The notes beneath the pieces were generated by a model. The model saw only the letters and a list, made by a program, of their open reading frames with translations, did not search any database and had not been told where the DNA came from. This document shows, piece by piece, positions 1-10,310 of a DNA stretch of 64,000 bases. The stretch is from positions 1,844 to 65,843 of the IMG/VR virus record IMGVR_UViG_2799112767_000002; one strand, written 5' to 3'. A program made the position numbers and the translations under genes. The stretch comes from a virus (taxonomy: Duplodnaviria > Caudoviricetes). Each line of letters begins with the position of its first letter. Position 1 is the first letter of the stretch.

Positions 1-102
1 AGACTTGTCAAGAGCTACGTCTTGATAAGTCGTATTGTCAGACAAAACGAGCCTCATGTTGGCCTTCTTCCGCGTATCAATTCTTGCTAACAAATAATCC
101 AT
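1..102 (-). CDS. kwaB: KwaB-like (DUF4868-type) protein, 5' part only; runs off the left edge
   Basis: ATG at 102, 2 nt after the stop of the KwaA-like gene. Reads MDYLLARIDTRKKANMRLVLSDNTTYQDVALDKS, open to the edge. Resembles KwaB N-termini from memory; the position also fits. Confidence 0.55.
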   Translation of the reverse strand, partial: MDYLLARIDTRKKANMRLVLSDNTTYQDVALDKS

Positions 103-104
103 AA

Positions 105-725
105 TTAATCTATAAATGTGAACTCATTTAGTTTATATAATTGCGTAAATTCTACATTATCTCCATAGGCGAATTTTTCCTTAGACATAAGCAGACATTT
201 CTTCCCACTCTTGAAAGTGATATAATAAAACTTGTATTGGGTAATACTAAATAGTGGATTGAACATATACACATTCGAGAACAGTAAACAAACGAACAAC
301 AGTATAAATGTTATCATCAGTGCCTGGGCGTTGTTGACACTCAGTGCGAAAAAGAACAGGCCGAAGTAAGTAATCATCATACCATCACTTGCAGGTTCTA
401 TTGATGTAATGTTTCCTTTTGGCATATCAATGTTCGGCAGAAACTTTGATGCACATTGAAGCAAAAATGCTAATCCTATTAGTATAGAGACATACAAAAT
501 ATATGAGCAATAACTTGGTATGTTTGTTTCCAGCCATTGTGAAAAGCATGTCCATTCAAATTTTCTTGCCACGCTATCAAGTGTAAGATCATTATTTACG
601 GCATATGTAAAAAAGACCAGACTTAAGGCCAGCAATGTATATAATGGCTTGAAAAAAACATAAGTCAGCTTTTTAAAATACTTACCAAAAAACTTTTTCA
701 TTTTATCTAAAACCTCCTTTTTCAT
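105..725 (-). CDS. kwaA: KwaA-like 4-TM membrane protein (Kiwa defence)
   Basis: 206 aa, four hydrophobic segments. The pattern IEP..D....YFG.FF.ALS...FNP.F....Y.FY.I....G...LL.S matches KwaA-type proteins. Confidence 0.6.
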   Translation of the reverse strand: MKKEVLDKMKKFFGKYFKKLTYVFFKPLYTLLALSLVFFTYAVNNDLTLDSVARKFEWTCFSQWLETNIPSYCSYILYVSILIGLAFLLQCASKFLPNIDMPKGNITSIEPASDGMMITYFGLFFFALSVNNAQALMITFILLFVCLLFSNVYMFNPLFSITQYKFYYITFKSGKKCLLMSKEKFAYGDNVEFTQLYKLNEFTFID

Positions 726-1420
726 TTCTTTTCTAGTAATAATCTGGGGTATTCGAGTTCCTCTACCAACTTATCTACCATTGTGCAAGGCTTATGGGCT
801 GCATAGTCGGTGCCTGTATAAAGTCCACGTAGCTGCTGGGCAAAGCGCTTGGCAAGATCCTCACGGCCATAGTGCTGAAGCAGGCTGTATATATCGGGGT
901 TGCCTTTCTTGTATTTAAAGCTATTGTCACCCATATTCTTCCTGAAAACTTCTTCCAGCTTTTTTATGTAATCTGCGCGGCCAATACCTGTATCAAGATA
1001 CTCAAAGTGTAAGTAGTACCATAGTTCGAATGCTTCATTCGTCCATGCACTTTGGAAGCCCAACTTGTGGGCTTTTTTGATGGCATCGTTGAAATCGTCG
1101 AAGTCATCCTTGTCAAAGACGACCCACACACGATCAAAAGACATGGCATTTTTACGCTCCAGTTCTGTCTTGATTTCCTGTGTTCTGTCAACTAAAGCTA
1201 CCGTAGCCCTGCCTTCGCCCTCAATCGTCACCTCGCGAACGGCTGAGATGTAATTATTTATAAGAGCCTCGAAGTAGTGCGGCTCTGTCTTCGTACCTTC
1301 ACAGACTATGAGGAAACGCACGAGTTTTTCGCGAATGTTCTCCTTGCGTTTCTTGGCAGCTTTGGCTTCTTTGCGTTCCCGCCTCAGCTTTGCGATTTCT
1401 TCTTTTCTTGAATATCCCAT
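722..1420 (-). CDS. rloB: RloB family (TOPRIM-like) protein
   Basis: Motifs LIVCEGTKTEPHYF, VVFDKDD and NEAFELWYYLHF; directly downstream of an AAA ATPase. Confidence 0.85.
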   Translation of the reverse strand: MGYSRKEEIAKLRRERKEAKAAKKRKENIREKLVRFLIVCEGTKTEPHYFEALINNYISAVREVTIEGEGRATVALVDRTQEIKTELERKNAMSFDRVWVVFDKDDFDDFNDAIKKAHKLGFQSAWTNEAFELWYYLHFEYLDTGIGRADYIKKLEEVFRKNMGDNSFKYKKGNPDIYSLLQHYGREDLAKRFAQQLRGLYTGTDYAAHKPCTMVDKLVEELEYPRLLLEKK

Positions 1421-1429
1421 AGCAACCCT

Positions 1430-2707
1430 TTATTTACCGATGAAAGGTATAGCACCATAGCGTCCGCGAATATAATCGCGCTTGATATCACGGTCATTGC
1501 GGACTTTCTTTCCCTCCTCATCCTTGAATTCCACAAGTGAGTAGATGTCAGTAGATTCCACCTTGTCTTTCTCGGCAAACCAAATCTGGTCGCGACGAAC
1601 AATATCTAAATCGAGCAGATTGGTGTCATGAGTGGCAAAGATAAGCTGTGCTCCATGCTTGTTCTTCTCTGGATCCATAAACAGAAGCACAATATTGCGA
1701 GTAAGAAGCGGATGCAGTTTTGCATCCAGTTCATCCACAATCAGTGTCTTGCCCTCGTTCAATGTGTCGAAAATCGGCCCGGAAATTTCTATCACTTTCT
1801 TTGTTCCCTCTGACTCCATCTGGTTCTTATGGAAATTACGCTCACCAATCACAAGTCCATTCTCATCATAGATATTATGAGTAGTTATCGGTTCAACGAA
1901 ACTACCCGTGGCTATGTCTTTTTCCAATTGTGACCTTATCGACTTGGGGGCACTTTCCAAGGCTTCTTTGGGAATATCAACCTTCTTGACCGAAAAACGG
2001 GTAAAGCCCAGTTGCAAGGTCTTGAAGAACTCCTGAGCCTGGTCAGCACCATTCAGATGTTCCAAAAACATTCTAAGTGTAAATGCCTCGTAGCCCTCGC
2101 TGTCGATTCCCGAAAGTACATTACATTCTCCAAACCAACCTAATATGGAATTGGACTTCTCGCCCTTCAGCTGAGCCACAAGCGACAGGAAGAGACGATT
2201 CGAGTTGGTCAAATCTTCTTTTCCGTGACCTTCAGGGAATCTTTTCGCAGACACTTCAATGATGTCTCGCGAGCGCATAAAGGAGCGCATAAAGAGCTCG
2301 TACTCTTTCTCGCCAAACCGCTTCTCATAAAGCCACTCAGAGATGATGTCGGTTTTGTTGTATTCAAAACCATAACGATAAAGCACCTCGTCTTTTATAA
2401 ACTGTATCTCAAACAACGTAGCTTGCGAGTCAGAGTTTTCATCCAATGCAAAAGGATCGTAAGGTAGCGCATCACCCTCATTCAGACGCACAGAACGTCT
2501 GACCATGCTTCGCATAGTAGATATGGCCTGAATCAAATTACTCTTACCACCTGAGTTAGCACCATAAAAAACAGCCAGTGGGAGCAGGCTATACTTGCCC
2601 TTATTGATGACAGACTCTTTATGTTCCTTAATGGAACTTGCCTCCATACTGAACGTACGCTCCTGCTTAAATGACCGATAGTTCTTGACTGTAAAATTTG
2701 TAATCAT
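1430..2707 (-). CDS. AAA_21-type ABC/AAA ATPase (RloA/AbiLi-like)
   Basis: NFTVKNYRSFK start, Walker A GANSGGKS, signature ESEGTKK, Walker B LIVDELD, IFATHD. Confidence 0.88.
   Translation of the reverse strand: MITNFTVKNYRSFKQERTFSMEASSIKEHKESVINKGKYSLLPLAVFYGANSGGKSNLIQAISTMRSMVRRSVRLNEGDALPYDPFALDENSDSQATLFEIQFIKDEVLYRYGFEYNKTDIISEWLYEKRFGEKEYELFMRSFMRSRDIIEVSAKRFPEGHGKEDLTNSNRLFLSLVAQLKGEKSNSILGWFGECNVLSGIDSEGYEAFTLRMFLEHLNGADQAQEFFKTLQLGFTRFSVKKVDIPKEALESAPKSIRSQLEKDIATGSFVEPITTHNIYDENGLVIGERNFHKNQMESEGTKKVIEISGPIFDTLNEGKTLIVDELDAKLHPLLTRNIVLLFMDPEKNKHGAQLIFATHDTNLLDLDIVRRDQIWFAEKDKVESTDIYSLVEFKDEEGKKVRNDRDIKRDYIRGRYGAIPFIGK
2271..2294. repeat. 12-bp perfect tandem duplication inside the ATPase gene (in frame, FMRS-FMRS)
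   Basis: GAGCGCATAAAG occurs twice, at 2271 and 2283. Confidence 0.85.
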
Positions 2708-3020
2708 ATCTCAAATTTTTGACAAAGATACATAATTTGTTAGATATAGCCAATAAAAATTGAGAAATAATCTCATAATTGACAATGTTTAGCATATATA
2801 TTGTGTGATAAATTGTATCCTGCAATTATTCTCCTCGTTGAAAATACCTTTGGTATAGTCGGTTACTCCACTTGGCAGAATGTTTTCCATAATGCACAAA
2901 TGCACCTATTTTGAGGTTTACAAAAGTTAAATACATTAAATAATCATCTTTATCAGTATTTAAAGAATTCGCGCAATCACTTTTCTGCCGTTTAGCAGGA
3001 AATAAATTGAAATACAATAA

Positions 3021-3583
3021 CTTGCAAATACAATTCTTGAAATAACTATAACTCAGGCGAACGAAGATTCTAAAAAAATTATAATAAAAAGACTTCAATC
3101 ATATTATCCACATATAGAAAATCTTTTAAATAAAGATGACAAATTAATCTGTTCTCTACCATATCAATCTCGTAATGACCTTAATGATTTACGCATTGAG
3201 CTTGGATACGCACTTAATGGCATCAGAAATGGTATTGAGGATGAAATTGAAGAAGGCATAGATGAAGAGGATTTTGAGAACCAAGAGAAATTTGATGCAA
3301 TAAATTTCAGTTATGGCTTACGTGCTGTAAAAGATGGGAGGATCGCTTTTTAACCACACTTAACCCCGAGTCTCTTCTTGAGTTGGATGATGAAGCATTC
3401 GCTGGTTGCACCAATCTTGAGCAAGTACGATTCTTGGGCAGTTCTCTGGAGATGTTTGGCAATGATGTTTTTACTGGTTGCCCAATAAAGGAAGTTATCG
3501 TTTCCGAAGGCTGTCGAGAGTTTTATGAGCGTATTTTACCAAACAGCTTGGCATCTATGATTGTTGAGGATGTTGAATTTTAA
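3021..3583 (+). pseudogene. Frameshifted gene with a C-terminal BspA-type leucine-rich repeat
   Basis: An open frame ends at ...IAF* (TAA 3351-3353) in a T5 run. One extra T joins it to LTTLNPESLLELDDEAFAGCTNLEQVRF (BspA-like LRR). No clear start codon. Confidence 0.55.
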
Positions 3584-3773
3584 TTATACTAACATGACTA
3601 AGAAAAAGAATTTTGGCATTGACTCGGTCAAGGACCTTGTTAATGCACGCAAGGAGTCGACGACACATGCACAAGTGAGAACAATCGTTTTGCTCGCTGC
3701 AGCAACTTGTGTGGCGAAACTAGTTAAGAACATTTTTAAAAAACAAGATTATGGCACTGTTTGGAATTCCTAA
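3561..3773 (+). CDS. Small hypothetical protein
   Basis: 70-aa ORF, tightly packed with its neighbours. Confidence 0.4.
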   Translation: MLRMLNFNYTNMTKKKNFGIDSVKDLVNARKESTTHAQVRTIVLLAAATCVAKLVKNIFKKQDYGTVWNS

Positions 3774-4065
3774 AGATCTCAAAGATTTGATGAATAGCAA
3801 AAAATCAGGAGTGGCTCTTGCACTTCTTGCAGCTGGCACCTTAATATATCATGGCATTAAGGCGGGATGCAGGTCATTGGGCAACTATATCGAAGAGAGA
3901 GCTAAAAGAAAGACCAACCGAATGCAGGCTGATAGTATGACTGAGTTTGAGAACCTCAAATTTGAGCATCGTAAAGCTGAGCGTGCTGAGAAGGAGGAGT
4001 ATGCAAGGCGTATACGTCAAGAGTCTAAATCAAGCCAGGAGACGAATACGACTCCAGAATGTTGA
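3751..4065 (+). CDS. Hypothetical protein with an N-terminal hydrophobic segment and a coiled coil
   Basis: 104-aa ORF. Confidence 0.4.
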   Translation: MALFGIPKDLKDLMNSKKSGVALALLAAGTLIYHGIKAGCRSLGNYIEERAKRKTNRMQADSMTEFENLKFEHRKAERAEKEEYARRIRQESKSSQETNTTPEC

Positions 4066-4191
4066 CTTGCCAATCTTTTCCTTGCCAAGCAGAACAATAA
4101 AGCCACCTAACTCGATTAGACCTTCCACCAAACATTTCAATCTAGCACCAACATTTCTGAGCTGATTATCCAACGACCTCCCTTTGGGTGT

Positions 4192-5102
4192 GTGAACTTC
4201 CTCATGATGCAATTGGCGATTGATATAGCAAAAGGTGCATACTTCGAATTTATTTCTCAGAATGAACAGAAAAATCATTCTCCACTTAAAGTACTCTATA
4301 TAGACCTTGAGATGAAGATAAGAGAGTTAAAAGAGCGCTTAAAAAACATAGATATTCCAACCAATTTGCTATGGGAGTCAGAAATAAACAGTATAGGTTC
4401 TCTCATTAGCTATATTCGTGAGAACATTAAAGGCGGCACTGAATGCGTAGTTATTCTTGACAATTTGAAGAAAATGGCGGAAAGATCCACTAACCACCAT
4501 GAGGTGAATGATATCTTCAGAGCACTCAAAAAACTGCAAAAAGAGTTGAGTCAGGAAGGCATAACCCTTACAATAATCGTAGCGAACCACACTGTGAAAG
4601 GCTACAATCCATACAAACCGATCTCAACTTCAGATGCCGCTAGTTCGGTCGAGATTTCTCAATTCTCAACAGGTGTAATTGCTTTGGCTCCAGCTAAAGA
4701 CGGTAAGACCATGATTAAGAAAGTGTCCTCACGCAATTTTCCAACCGACGATACCGTGTTGGTTGTCAAGATGGTTAAAGAGCCCTATCAACACTTCAAG
4801 TACGTAAAACCTGTAGCGAGGCTGAGGCTTTGCCAATCGAGACTAAGGCAAGTAAAGCTTCTACTCCAGGTAAGACTGACGATGTTGGACAGTTTGAGAA
4901 AAGAATGAAAGCAGCTGGTCTAAATGAGACACAGATTAAACATGTTTTGGAACTTGACGACGAAATCGACAGAATAAAGCTGCTGCTCTCTTTCAACCCC
5001 AATCCCAAACTCACACAAGAGGAAATTGGAGAGATCATGGGTTGTCGCCGAGAAACAATCAACCGGAAGCTCAAAGAAGACAGAATGAAGCGAAGAAGCT
5101 AA
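4192..5102 (+). pseudogene. Degenerate AAA_25/RepA-like ATPase with a frameshifted C-terminal HTH
   Basis: QLAIDIAKG...KVLYIDLEM...VILDNL...NHTVK motifs, but no intact Walker A. The HTH (LTQEEIGEIMGCRRETINRKL) lies in another frame (4830-5102). Confidence 0.55.
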
Positions 5103-5160
5103 GCAACACAAACTGAAGGCAAAATTTCTAAATGAATTTAGAACTGAATCTTAATGATGA

Positions 5161-5199
5161 GATAGGGTTGGTCATACGTGACTGACCCTATCTTTTTTT
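5161..5199 (+). terminator. Rho-independent terminator
   Basis: GATAGGGTTGGTCA-tacg-TGACTGACCCTATC followed by T7. Confidence 0.8.
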
Positions 5200-5487
5200 G
5201 TGCTTACTGGTTATAACTGCAACATCTTTAATTGTGCTCTTCCGCTGATTATAGACTATTTTTTATGCTATTTTCAGGGGAAACACAATAAAATACATGC
5301 ATTTCCGCTGATTATAGGCCTCTGATAGAGGCCCCTTCTCCACAATACAAAAAAATATAGACTATCTGGCAGAAACCAATAGTTCGTTCGCAAGGGAAAA
5401 GGAGAAGTTGTCACCTATGCAGGTGTTGGAGCAAATGAACTTGTTAGAACGTCCTGTTGAACAAACTGGATCAAGAATGTCGCACTA

Positions 5488-5890
5488 ATGATGTTTTCAT
5501 ATCATCCAGAAAAATTCTTCCCTGGTACTTAGATAGACATCGTATTCTACTCTCAAGGAAAGGATGGTGCCTCTACAACTTTATTGAAATAGAGCCATAC
5601 CGCGATCCAGTGCATCTTACACTTAGAAAAGCATTGTACTATCTGAAGTATATTGTAGTCAGAAAAACATCCACAATCCCAAAGACGATGAACACTCTAT
5701 TGTAGTTTATAACTACATATATCAGGCTCTGGAATAGAGTCTTGTGAATGCATACTATCGCCATCAGTATGATGAGTATCACCCCGTGGAGGTTAACATT
5801 ATGCCTGACATGATTGAGATTATCAGTTATGGAGGTGCAAAACGTAGTATTAAACTGGACGATCTTCGAGCTGGTATGAGAGTCAACTAA
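5488..5890 (+). pseudogene. Remnant of an AlbA_2/HATPase_c_4 (RecG-like C-terminal) ATP-binding protein gene
   Basis: Across frames it reads MF..PEKFFPGT*IDIV...YQALE*SLVNAYYRHQYDEYHPVEVNIMPDMIEIISYGG..RSIKLDDLRAG, with several stops and frameshifts. Confidence 0.7.
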
Positions 5891-6007
5891 GGTTGCTTTC
5901 AAGAACAATAGGAGACAACTTATAGGCATATCATTGTGATACCAGTAACGATATGGCTAATCGTCATCTGCAGAAACACAAACAAAGCTGTTCAACTACC
6001 AAGTATG

Positions 6008-8224
6008 CTAATATAGAGTCAGTACCACGCAACTCATACCAGCAGGAGCCACCAGCACCTCCAATATTGGCTTTGTCACACCTTTAGCCATCATTTCCTC
6101 CGCTTTTTTATCAAACTCTTCATAATCGGTTTCACTAAAGTCGTTAGGGCCATTAGGATGCGAATGCCACTCGCCCACATATCCGAACGTAGCTCCGGAA
6201 CGACGCTCAACATGCGACAGCTTCTTCTTTACGCCCTTTTTCCCTAAGACCAAATAGTCTCCTCTATGTATCGTATCTTCTGGCGCCTCAATAGTGTCTA
6301 TGACATGTATCGTCTTTGTCTTAAGATTGCATTGTCCTAAAAGGTATCCGCCTGTTTCATATCCGCCAGCCGCCTCGGTCTGCTCCTCTATATCCTTAAA
6401 TGCATGCTCACCTATACGAACCTTCCAGGGGCTTGCATCAAAACTATAGTATGGAGATTCTTCTATTCTTTGAACTGTCAGGCTTCCGTCTTCGTCACAT
6501 TTATATATCCAACAGCCGCCATCAGGATATTTACCCGCAAAGACATCCTTAATCGTAATACTCATCGCTGAAGCATACAATGAGATGACATCGTCCGCCA
6601 GTATGAATGTTTCCGAATTACAGCCAAGCCCCACATTTAATAATGCTGACGGTTCCTGCGACACCGCCTTCTCCCTCATTAGATAATTGCAAACAAAATC
6701 ATCGGTCTTGTATTGGGCATAGAATGTCGCCATTAAGTCATCCAGTCTTGCCCCGTCACCTTTACCTTCGCACAACAACAAACCGAAACTCCCATTATCA
6801 TATATAGCCGCACTAATGGCTGTCGGTCTGTTCTCTATATTCACCAACTGATTGTTAACCACCTTCGAGGCTGTAAAATCAAGGAGGTAGTCGGGCTTTC
6901 GCTGACTCATGATGTCCGCGTCCTCTAAGACTGACTTGATGCCCTTACGGGAAGAGCCTGCCTTTATCCCTTCAAGGCAGTACATAAGGTCAGTAACTCT
7001 TTCCAATTCGCTGGCCTTATTCTTATTCACCGAATCATCGAAGAGCACATGACGGCTCAGATTATGCTCACTCAACGTATCTGGATCCGAAAACAGGATA
7101 TTGGTGATACCGGCACGAACCAAGTGCATCGCGATTTTTGAGCCAAGGGCTCCGCAACCTGCAATGATTAAGGATGGGTTTATTCCCATATCCAAGTTTG
7201 ATATCTCGTGCGCCTTCCTGTTTGTGAATGGTGATTCATGCATGTGGGATTGCACCTTCGATGTGGGTGTCACCACATATTTCCCTTTATTATCAGTGTC
7301 ACACATTATTTCAAAATTCACAAATTGGTAGAAAGAATTCACACCTATCAGCTTCTTGCTTCTTCTTATCGCCAGGATAATAATAACGCTCGCACTATCG
7401 CCATTCGTTCTACCTATAGTTCCATTAACCGCATCCTCTATTTCCACGCCATGCTTGCTGGCATAGTTCTGGAGTTCCAAATACGTCTTTGGCATTACAA
7501 CATCATATCCGTCACAACTCTTTTTACTGCCATCCCAGCATACCGAACCGGGAATTATATCATTTTTAGCCAGTCCGGGCAATTTCAAAAGCCAGAAGTT
7601 AGCACTTGTCAGTCTGATTAATTTCTTTTCCGACAGCTTACAAACAGCTATAAAGATATCTTTCTGCTGGCCGTCAGCCTTGCCTATCTCGTCCGATAGT
7701 TGCTCATAGTCATATATGATGGTTGCAGTATACCCCTCAAGTCTCAATGGCTCAAACTCTCCGCCGTTTTCTATATTAACTCCTGATGCCAAATCATCAT
7801 ACCACGACCGTAGATGCTTGACAAAGTCTTCTATCTCCATATTGGCAAACCACTCGTCGCCGTTACCTCGAAACAGGCAAATGGGCCTGAGTCCGTTCCT
7901 GTCACAATAGATATGAGGGGCATGGGCAAAATCAAAATCGTTACGGCCAATATACGCACGTGGCACTCTGTCTGGATAATCAGAAGTAAACTCCACAAAC
8001 ACAGGCTCCACGGCTCGCACCAATGCCGTAGCCTCATCATACCTTGTCGGTAGGTCTAGCGTCAAATCCAACCTGACTACAACAGAGCTATGATAACGGT
8101 AATAGACATTATCAAAAGAGACGCCATGCATTCTGGCGACTCTTTTGACATCTTTTTGTACACATTGCGGGACTTCCCTCATCGTACACTCATTGAATTG
8201 CGGATAATCGTTACTTACTGCCAT
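6008..8224 (-). CDS. E2-E1(ThiF)-JAB fusion protein (Cap2/Cap3-like, 6A-MBL type), 738 aa
   Basis: E2-like PHIY...PICLF; ThiF GCGALGS and NLSRH with Cys in GLGCNSETF; JAB ETGGYLLG...GEWHSHP...SETD. The likely start is ATG 8224, overlapping the end of the MBL gene. Confidence 0.88.
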   Translation of the reverse strand: MAVSNDYPQFNECTMREVPQCVQKDVKRVARMHGVSFDNVYYRYHSSVVVRLDLTLDLPTRYDEATALVRAVEPVFVEFTSDYPDRVPRAYIGRNDFDFAHAPHIYCDRNGLRPICLFRGNGDEWFANMEIEDFVKHLRSWYDDLASGVNIENGGEFEPLRLEGYTATIIYDYEQLSDEIGKADGQQKDIFIAVCKLSEKKLIRLTSANFWLLKLPGLAKNDIIPGSVCWDGSKKSCDGYDVVMPKTYLELQNYASKHGVEIEDAVNGTIGRTNGDSASVIIILAIRRSKKLIGVNSFYQFVNFEIMCDTDNKGKYVVTPTSKVQSHMHESPFTNRKAHEISNLDMGINPSLIIAGCGALGSKIAMHLVRAGITNILFSDPDTLSEHNLSRHVLFDDSVNKNKASELERVTDLMYCLEGIKAGSSRKGIKSVLEDADIMSQRKPDYLLDFTASKVVNNQLVNIENRPTAISAAIYDNGSFGLLLCEGKGDGARLDDLMATFYAQYKTDDFVCNYLMREKAVSQEPSALLNVGLGCNSETFILADDVISLYASAMSITIKDVFAGKYPDGGCWIYKCDEDGSLTVQRIEESPYYSFDASPWKVRIGEHAFKDIEEQTEAAGGYETGGYLLGQCNLKTKTIHVIDTIEAPEDTIHRGDYLVLGKKGVKKKLSHVERRSGATFGYVGEWHSHPNGPNDFSETDYEEFDKKAEEMMAKGVTKPILEVLVAPAGMSCVVLTLY

Positions 8225-9362
8225 AGGTTGATTTTCTTCCCGTTGTTCCACTGCTGCCGACGGCGGCTCCTGCCGAACCTGTCTGCTGATTCTTGTCCTT
8301 TCTCTGAAAACCGCTGGACGTGACCTCGTACACCACTGGCTTGGGGTTCTTCGAGTCCGGTTCCTCAGCCAAAGAGACAAACTTGTCCGAACCTATCAGT
8401 TTTACATATTCCTTTTTGGCAGGATAATGAGGCGGATTGTCATCGTCATCCTTAATCTGCTTCGACGATGCAATAATTACCGCCCCACTTGTTTTGTGGT
8501 CTTTAATCAGATTCTTTGACGAGTCTACAGGTTCATCCGTCTCTCCCTTCTTATAAGGCACATCGTTGAAGTATGTCCAAGAACAGTGATGGGGTGCCAA
8601 GAAAATATCAAAGTCTAATTTGTCTTTATTGCTATGGGAAGAACTTTGGTTCTGAATCTCCTCCCATATATAGTGATCGGCATCTCCACCAAACAGGTAC
8701 AACGCGGATGGCTCAGTATTCGTTCTGACATATTTGAACCTTGCTTGCATCACGATGGATGTCACATTCTTGTCCGACTCTGCCCGTCCATCAACCAGAC
8801 TATCCTTGAATGGAGAATGAACAAAGAATTCCAGTAATGGCATGGTCTTGCCATTCACCTTCTTTATCGTCTCCCCTGGTATATAAGAAGGCACTTTTTC
8901 ATACTTCTTGTCTCCATCATATCCGATGATGACAAGTCGGTTGCCTGCCTTGTTTTTGTCTGGAGAATCCTCATCCCACAACTTACGACGTCTGTTGGCC
9001 TCCTTCTTCAATGCCTTTGCTGGCGTGCTGGTAGCATCAGAGAAAAGCATTGGTGTCACCATCAACTCATCAATAATAACGAGGTCATCCTCCAAGTCAT
9101 CATCAGAGTAATCATCTGGATTACCTAAATAGTAATTGGTGTCAATACCCCTACAGTGGTCCTCGTCGGGGTGCGTCAGCATAAACAAGTCCAGATGGTA
9201 CCTGCCTTCGCTGTCAGTTGTCAACTCGTTCAACAAATCTTCCATAACATCATAACAATCATCATTATTTCTGATGTTTGCGTCAATCTGAATGGTAGTC
9301 TTATCGACCTTAATTAAAACGGTATCACCATTATCTACCGGATAAAACTTAATCTTACTCAT
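8211..9362 (-). CDS. Metallo-beta-lactamase-fold (ComEC/Rec2-like) hydrolase of the 6A-MBL-type system
   Basis: FYPVDNGD, THPDEDHCRG, LFGGDA, APHHCSW. Confidence 0.85.
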   Translation of the reverse strand: MSKIKFYPVDNGDTVLIKVDKTTIQIDANIRNNDDCYDVMEDLLNELTTDSEGRYHLDLFMLTHPDEDHCRGIDTNYYLGNPDDYSDDDLEDDLVIIDELMVTPMLFSDATSTPAKALKKEANRRRKLWDEDSPDKNKAGNRLVIIGYDGDKKYEKVPSYIPGETIKKVNGKTMPLLEFFVHSPFKDSLVDGRAESDKNVTSIVMQARFKYVRTNTEPSALYLFGGDADHYIWEEIQNQSSSHSNKDKLDFDIFLAPHHCSWTYFNDVPYKKGETDEPVDSSKNLIKDHKTSGAVIIASSKQIKDDDDNPPHYPAKKEYVKLIGSDKFVSLAEEPDSKNPKPVVYEVTSSGFQRKDKNQQTGSAGAAVGSSGTTGRKSTYGSK

Positions 9363-9371
9363 ATTCTTTTT

Positions 9372-10115
9372 CTAAAAATAGTTATTTTCATTATCATCTA
9401 AGTTCATAAACACATCATACATTCTCTTGGCAAATGTTCTTCCGTTACAATATGCCACCCATGCTACCGGTATCGTAAGTATCAATATCAGCAGGCCTAT
9501 CCCTGCAAGATGCTCTCCAAGAGGCAGCTCATAATACCATTTGTTAATTGCGGCCATTACAAATACCAGTATGGCATCAACCAACAACGCAGCCGTTAGG
9601 TTTCGCCAGAATCCATACAGATAATTCTGCTCGAATCGTATATCATCAAACCTCGTTACATCAAGCAGCCACATTACGGCTTCATCAATACGCTTCACGT
9701 ACTTTTTGTTTTTATAGGTCTTGGGCTTGTATTTCTGGAGATCTATTTTCTTATGGATCATTATCTTTCCTCTTATTTCAGTCCTCTGCTCCTCAGTATA
9801 AGTGTTGTCATTGCTATAAAGAATGCGTGTTGTTGGTTTCAATCGATCACAGAAAAGAATTCGTTCAGGATAAAACTTAGCAATTGATTGGAGCATAAAC
9901 TTAAGCAAAAACAGCAAGGCTGCACTGATGGCAGAAATTGACAAAAGGTAAGTAAGGGCTTTTAACCACACATTTACCCCCATCATATCATTAACTCCCA
10001 TAGCCACACCTAAGATAATAGGTACAGCCAAGCTCAAATACGCAGGGTACTTTCTGGCTTTCATGTTATACTCTTTATTTCTTTTCTCTTTTGTTTCTCT
10101 GTCAATTTGTATCAT
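9372..10115 (-). CDS. 4-TM membrane protein, putative defence effector
   Basis: Two N-terminal and two C-terminal TM segments around a soluble core with PTTR and YGFWRN. First gene of the MBL operon, 9-nt gap. Confidence 0.6.
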   Translation of the reverse strand: MIQIDRETKEKRNKEYNMKARKYPAYLSLAVPIILGVAMGVNDMMGVNVWLKALTYLLSISAISAALLFLLKFMLQSIAKFYPERILFCDRLKPTTRILYSNDNTYTEEQRTEIRGKIMIHKKIDLQKYKPKTYKNKKYVKRIDEAVMWLLDVTRFDDIRFEQNYLYGFWRNLTAALLVDAILVFVMAAINKWYYELPLGEHLAGIGLLILILTIPVAWVAYCNGRTFAKRMYDVFMNLDDNENNYF

Positions 10116-10310
10116 ACATATATTTTAATTTAAATTTTCGCCTGCAAAATTACAACTTATACACAAATTCACAAAATATTTTGCTGGCAAAATGTGAAAA
10201 TATCACATTTCGCATCCTCCATATAAAATGTTCCCCACCATTTTCTTGCTTAAATGAGATTAATTCGTTACCTTTGCAACCATGTTTAATAATAATTGTA
10301 TATTATATAT

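Noticed and set aside
8225-8380. 52-aa N-terminal extension of the E2-E1-JAB ORF
   Set aside because: It lies inside the MBL coding sequence in another frame; ATG 8224 gives normal translational coupling.
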